Source: Deltaproteobacteria bacterium | Lineage (GTDB): Bacteria; Desulfobacterota; Desulfuromonadia; Geobacterales; Geobacteraceae | Assembly: GCA_021810985.1 (NCBI GenBank) | Contig: JAJZQA010000001.1 | Span: 1 to 27,054, forward strand | Length of the DNA: 27,054 bases | Direction of reading: 5' to 3' | Shown: piece by piece, positions 24,157 through 27,054 of the stretch | Numbering within the stretch: position 1 is the first letter of the stretch | How the letters are laid out: each line of letters opens with the position of its first letter | Made by a program: the position numbers and the translations under genes | The notes under the pieces: generated by a model | What the model saw: only the letters and a program-made list of their open reading frames with translations | Database searches by the model: none | What the model was told of the DNA's origin: nothing

Positions 24157-25950
24157 ATGAAAATCAATCTGGCATCTCTATGTATTCATGCAATTCTCGT
24201 TTGCTCAATTACCTTTTTAGCCCCCACAATTCCGTTCGCTGCAACTAATAACAACGTTTCAACTCTGCGTAGTTCATTAGATGCCCCGCGTAACTTTCGG
24301 GAAGGCACATCTAAAAGTGCAACCTCAACGAATTCTCCATTAATCGTTGCAAAAATCGATGCAGGTTTATTTGCCAACTTTTCAGCCGCAGTTAACGATC
24401 CAAGAACTGTCAATAAAACGATCGTTATTTCTAAATCAGAATCCGTGAGTAATTTGATTGTTCCTGCAGATAGGGGGCTTGAAATAGTACAGGGTGGAAG
24501 TTTACATGTTTCCTCCGGCAAAATCCTCACCATAAAAGGTCCATTCTCGGCCGGGCTTTATCAGGTGTTTACAGGCAGAGGTTCCGTAATAGGGTTACAT
24601 AATGCCTATCCAGAATGGTTTGGTGCTAAAGCTGACGGATTTACTGACTCTACAAATGCAATACAAGAAATAATGAACATGAACACCAGTGGTAACCATA
24701 CAGCAATCATTTTCAGCAATGGGGTTTATCTTGTCAATTCTTTGAAATTCTCGTCAACAAAAGGAAACTACGGCGAAAGCATTGTAATGCTCGGCGCTCC
24801 CGTGGCTCAGGGGATTTCAAATAGAAACGTGCAGACGCAATCCGTCCCCCGCGGAACGGTCATCAGAACCAACCAATCGTCAGGCGTCCTGCTCACCGTG
24901 ACGGGAGATGCGAGCGCCATATTAACGCCCGTACGGATCGATGATATCTGGTTCCAGGGTCCGCAGGTCAACCAGGATGGCAAAATCCTTTCCGCTACCG
25001 GTGACGGACTCGTTTTCACACGCACGACCGGCGCGGGCTGTGCCCTGAAACTAAATAATGTCGTGGTGACCGGGTTCGGCAGGGGCACCGGCGTAACGAT
25101 GCATTACGTCGAGAACAGCGTCATAAACAACTTGGTTGTCAATTACAATGGAACCGGCCTGCTGCTGCGGGACGCGACAAACGCGAACGTCTTCAACTAC
25201 CTGGAAGCCCAGGATAACTATGAGTATGGCGTTGTCATCCGGGACGGAGTGCTGGGCAATTCCTTTAACGGCGGGTTGATTCAGGGCAACAAGAAAAGCG
25301 GATTAACAATCCATTCGGGCAATGCCAATGTATTTACGGGCTGGTATTTTGAGAGCAACAACTACACCAACGCGCCGAACAGGCACGCGCTCCAGATAAA
25401 CAGCGTGGACAACCGGGCACCGGTTGACACCACCTCGTTCGTGGGATGTTATTTCAGCAGCCCGAAGGATACGATACTAATCGACGCTTCAATCTTTAAT
25501 GTTTCAGGGATTGAGTTCACGAACTGCAAACAGAAATCATCGACGCTGACGATAACCGGAACCCGTTTCAGCAGAATGAAAATTTCCGGACTGATGAATT
25601 TGATAGACCCCGGTTTTTTCGTGTCCACCGATTTCTGGAGGGATTGGACTCCAAGGGTTTCCGGTGGCGCTGGGGGTGTCGTCAAGGGGAGAGCAAGGAG
25701 AAACGGGGGCAGGATGGAGATATGGCTTCAGGCCTACGGTACGACCGTATCCGGGACAGCATTGTCGATTCCTGCTTTCGGGCACATGGCAACGTCATAC
25801 AAATACCCTCTGTTGGTGAATCGGCTGGGGGGACCGGCCGACAAGGAATATGCCTTTGTGGATGCCGCCGACGGCTTGATACATATAAAAGGCTTAGCCG
25901 CCGGTCCGGTGAATCTGCATCTCTCCGGATTCTACGAGGTATATCCGTAA
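24157..25950 (+). CDS. Secreted right-handed beta-helix protein (pectate-lyase-3/tailspike-like), putative polysaccharide depolymerase
   Basis: Signal peptide; YPEWFGAKADGFTDSTNAIQ motif; Asn/Gly/Val-rich beta-helix rungs; C-terminal beta domain starting WRDWTP. Confidence 0.75.
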   Translation: MKINLASLCIHAILVCSITFLAPTIPFAATNNNVSTLRSSLDAPRNFREGTSKSATSTNSPLIVAKIDAGLFANFSAAVNDPRTVNKTIVISKSESVSNLIVPADRGLEIVQGGSLHVSSGKILTIKGPFSAGLYQVFTGRGSVIGLHNAYPEWFGAKADGFTDSTNAIQEIMNMNTSGNHTAIIFSNGVYLVNSLKFSSTKGNYGESIVMLGAPVAQGISNRNVQTQSVPRGTVIRTNQSSGVLLTVTGDASAILTPVRIDDIWFQGPQVNQDGKILSATGDGLVFTRTTGAGCALKLNNVVVTGFGRGTGVTMHYVENSVINNLVVNYNGTGLLLRDATNANVFNYLEAQDNYEYGVVIRDGVLGNSFNGGLIQGNKKSGLTIHSGNANVFTGWYFESNNYTNAPNRHALQINSVDNRAPVDTTSFVGCYFSSPKDTILIDASIFNVSGIEFTNCKQKSSTLTITGTRFSRMKISGLMNLIDPGFFVSTDFWRDWTPRVSGGAGGVVKGRARRNGGRMEIWLQAYGTTVSGTALSIPAFGHMATSYKYPLLVNRLGGPADKEYAFVDAADGLIHIKGLAAGPVNLHLSGFYEVYP

Positions 25951-25951
25951 A

Positions 25952-27054
25952 TCACGGGAATGCCTGAGCCTGTCTGAACACCTTCTCCACCGCCCGGCAG
26001 GTGGCCTCCATATCTTCGACCGACAAGGTCGGATGAACCGGAAACATCAGGCTTGTCTCCCCCAGCTCCTTTGCCCGCGGCAGACGCACCGTGGGTCGTA
26101 ACCCGTCGAAAGCCTTTTCCAGATAGATTTCGCTGCAACTTCCGCTGAAACAGGGTACTCCCTCAGCGGTAACGGCATTCATAATCCGGTCGCGGTTCCA
26201 GTCGCGCTTGAGCTTGTCGGGACGAACGAAGGCGTAGTATTTGTAATAGGCGTGGCCAATTTCCGCGGGTGGAATGGTTACGCGTAATGCGGGTAACTTA
26301 CTGAATGCCGCAGACAGGACCTCGGCATTTTCCCTCCGCCTCCGGAGCCACTCCGGAAGCTTGCGAAGCTGGACCCTGCCGATTGCCGACTGCATTTCAG
26401 TCATTCGCCAGTTCGTGCCGAAAGATGCGTGCAGCCACTGGAAGCCGGGGGAATGCCGACGATTGTATACCTCATCCCAACTCTTTCCGTGATCCTTGAA
26501 TTCCCATGCCCTTCGCCAGATTTCCCCGTCATTGGTAGTCAACATGCCTCCTTCACCGCCGGTGGACATGATTTTGTCCTGACAAAATGAAAAGGCCGCG
26601 ACATCGCCGAGTGAGCCGACCGGACGTCCCTTGTATGTTGCCCCGTGGCATTGGGCACAGTCCTCTATTACTTTCAGGTGGTGTTCTCCGGCCATCTCCA
26701 TGATTGGATCCATGTCACACGGCCAACCTGCAAGATGTACGACTATTACGGCCTTTGTTCGCGAAGTGACTAGCGGACGTATGGTGTCGACGGTGATGTT
26801 CTGACTTTCCGGGTCCACATCAACAACTATCGGCACGGCGCCGCGCATGACGGCACAGCTGGCCGAAGCTATAAAAGTGCGGCTGGGCACTATCACTTCG
26901 TCACCCGGGCCGATCCCCAGGGCACACAGCGCCAACTCCAGCGCAACCGTGCCGTTCGCCAACGCCACCGCGTGTTCGCAAGCTGCGAAGGCCGCGAATT
27001 CCTTTTCAAAGAGCCTTCCTTCTTCGCCGGTCCAGTAGTTGACCTTGCCGGTCG
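25952..27054 (-). CDS. DegT/DnrJ/EryC1/StrS-family PLP-dependent sugar aminotransferase (5'-partial, PglE-like)
   Basis: The frame stays open to the window edge (TGKVNYWTGEEGRLFEKEFAAFAACEHAVALANGTVAL). GIGPGDEVIVP, VIEDCAQCHGA, and PLP-Lys motif SFCQDKIMSTGGEGG. Confidence 0.93.
   Translation of the reverse strand, partial: TGKVNYWTGEEGRLFEKEFAAFAACEHAVALANGTVALELALCALGIGPGDEVIVPSRTFIASASCAVMRGAVPIVVDVDPESQNITVDTIRPLVTSRTKAVIVVHLAGWPCDMDPIMEMAGEHHLKVIEDCAQCHGATYKGRPVGSLGDVAAFSFCQDKIMSTGGEGGMLTTNDGEIWRRAWEFKDHGKSWDEVYNRRHSPGFQWLHASFGTNWRMTEMQSAIGRVQLRKLPEWLRRRRENAEVLSAAFSKLPALRVTIPPAEIGHAYYKYYAFVRPDKLKRDWNRDRIMNAVTAEGVPCFSGSCSEIYLEKAFDGLRPTVRLPRAKELGETSLMFPVHPTLSVEDMEATCRAVEKVFRQAQAFP

Noticed and set aside
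1-27054. tRNA, rRNA, CRISPR arrays, IS elements, integrases, prophage structural genes
   Set aside because: None recognised; intergenic spaces are short and lack periodic repeats.

Overview
This is a gene-dense, GC-rich bacterial window. Gene content and protein style suggest a Geobacteraceae/Desulfuromonadia-type deltaproteobacterium (inference). It has four modules. (1) 1-4201: the 3' end of a TonB-dependent receptor, followed by a tightly overlapped operon (His-rich exported unknown, NapH/MauN-like 4Fe-4S membrane protein, small Cys-rich membrane protein, TonB) and then a separately promoted NosL-family metal-binding protein with a C/G-tract palindrome at its promoter. (2) 4426-15105: an atypical type II secretion/type IV pilus hybrid (GspF/PilC, PilM/N/O/P-like, TPR-secretin-cohesin fusion, two pseudopilins). 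Its ATPase and an unknown exported protein lie on the opposite strand, and a third pilin-like gene lacking Glu5 lies beyond them. (3) 15133-19863 (minus): CapD/PglF-like dehydratase, Wzi and an IPT/TIG-repeat protein. (4) 20193-27054: a large multi-SLBB Wza-like exporter, a Wzz-like co-polymerase and a signal-peptide-bearing tailspike-like beta-helix protein, convergent with a truncated DegT-family aminotransferase. No rRNA, tRNA, CRISPR array, integrase or transposase was seen. The best candidates for undescribed biology are the TonB/ferredoxin/Cys-peptide/NosL metal-uptake module and the secreted tailspike-like protein inside a capsule locus next to a T2SS. All family assignments come from motif recognition by eye; no database search was run.
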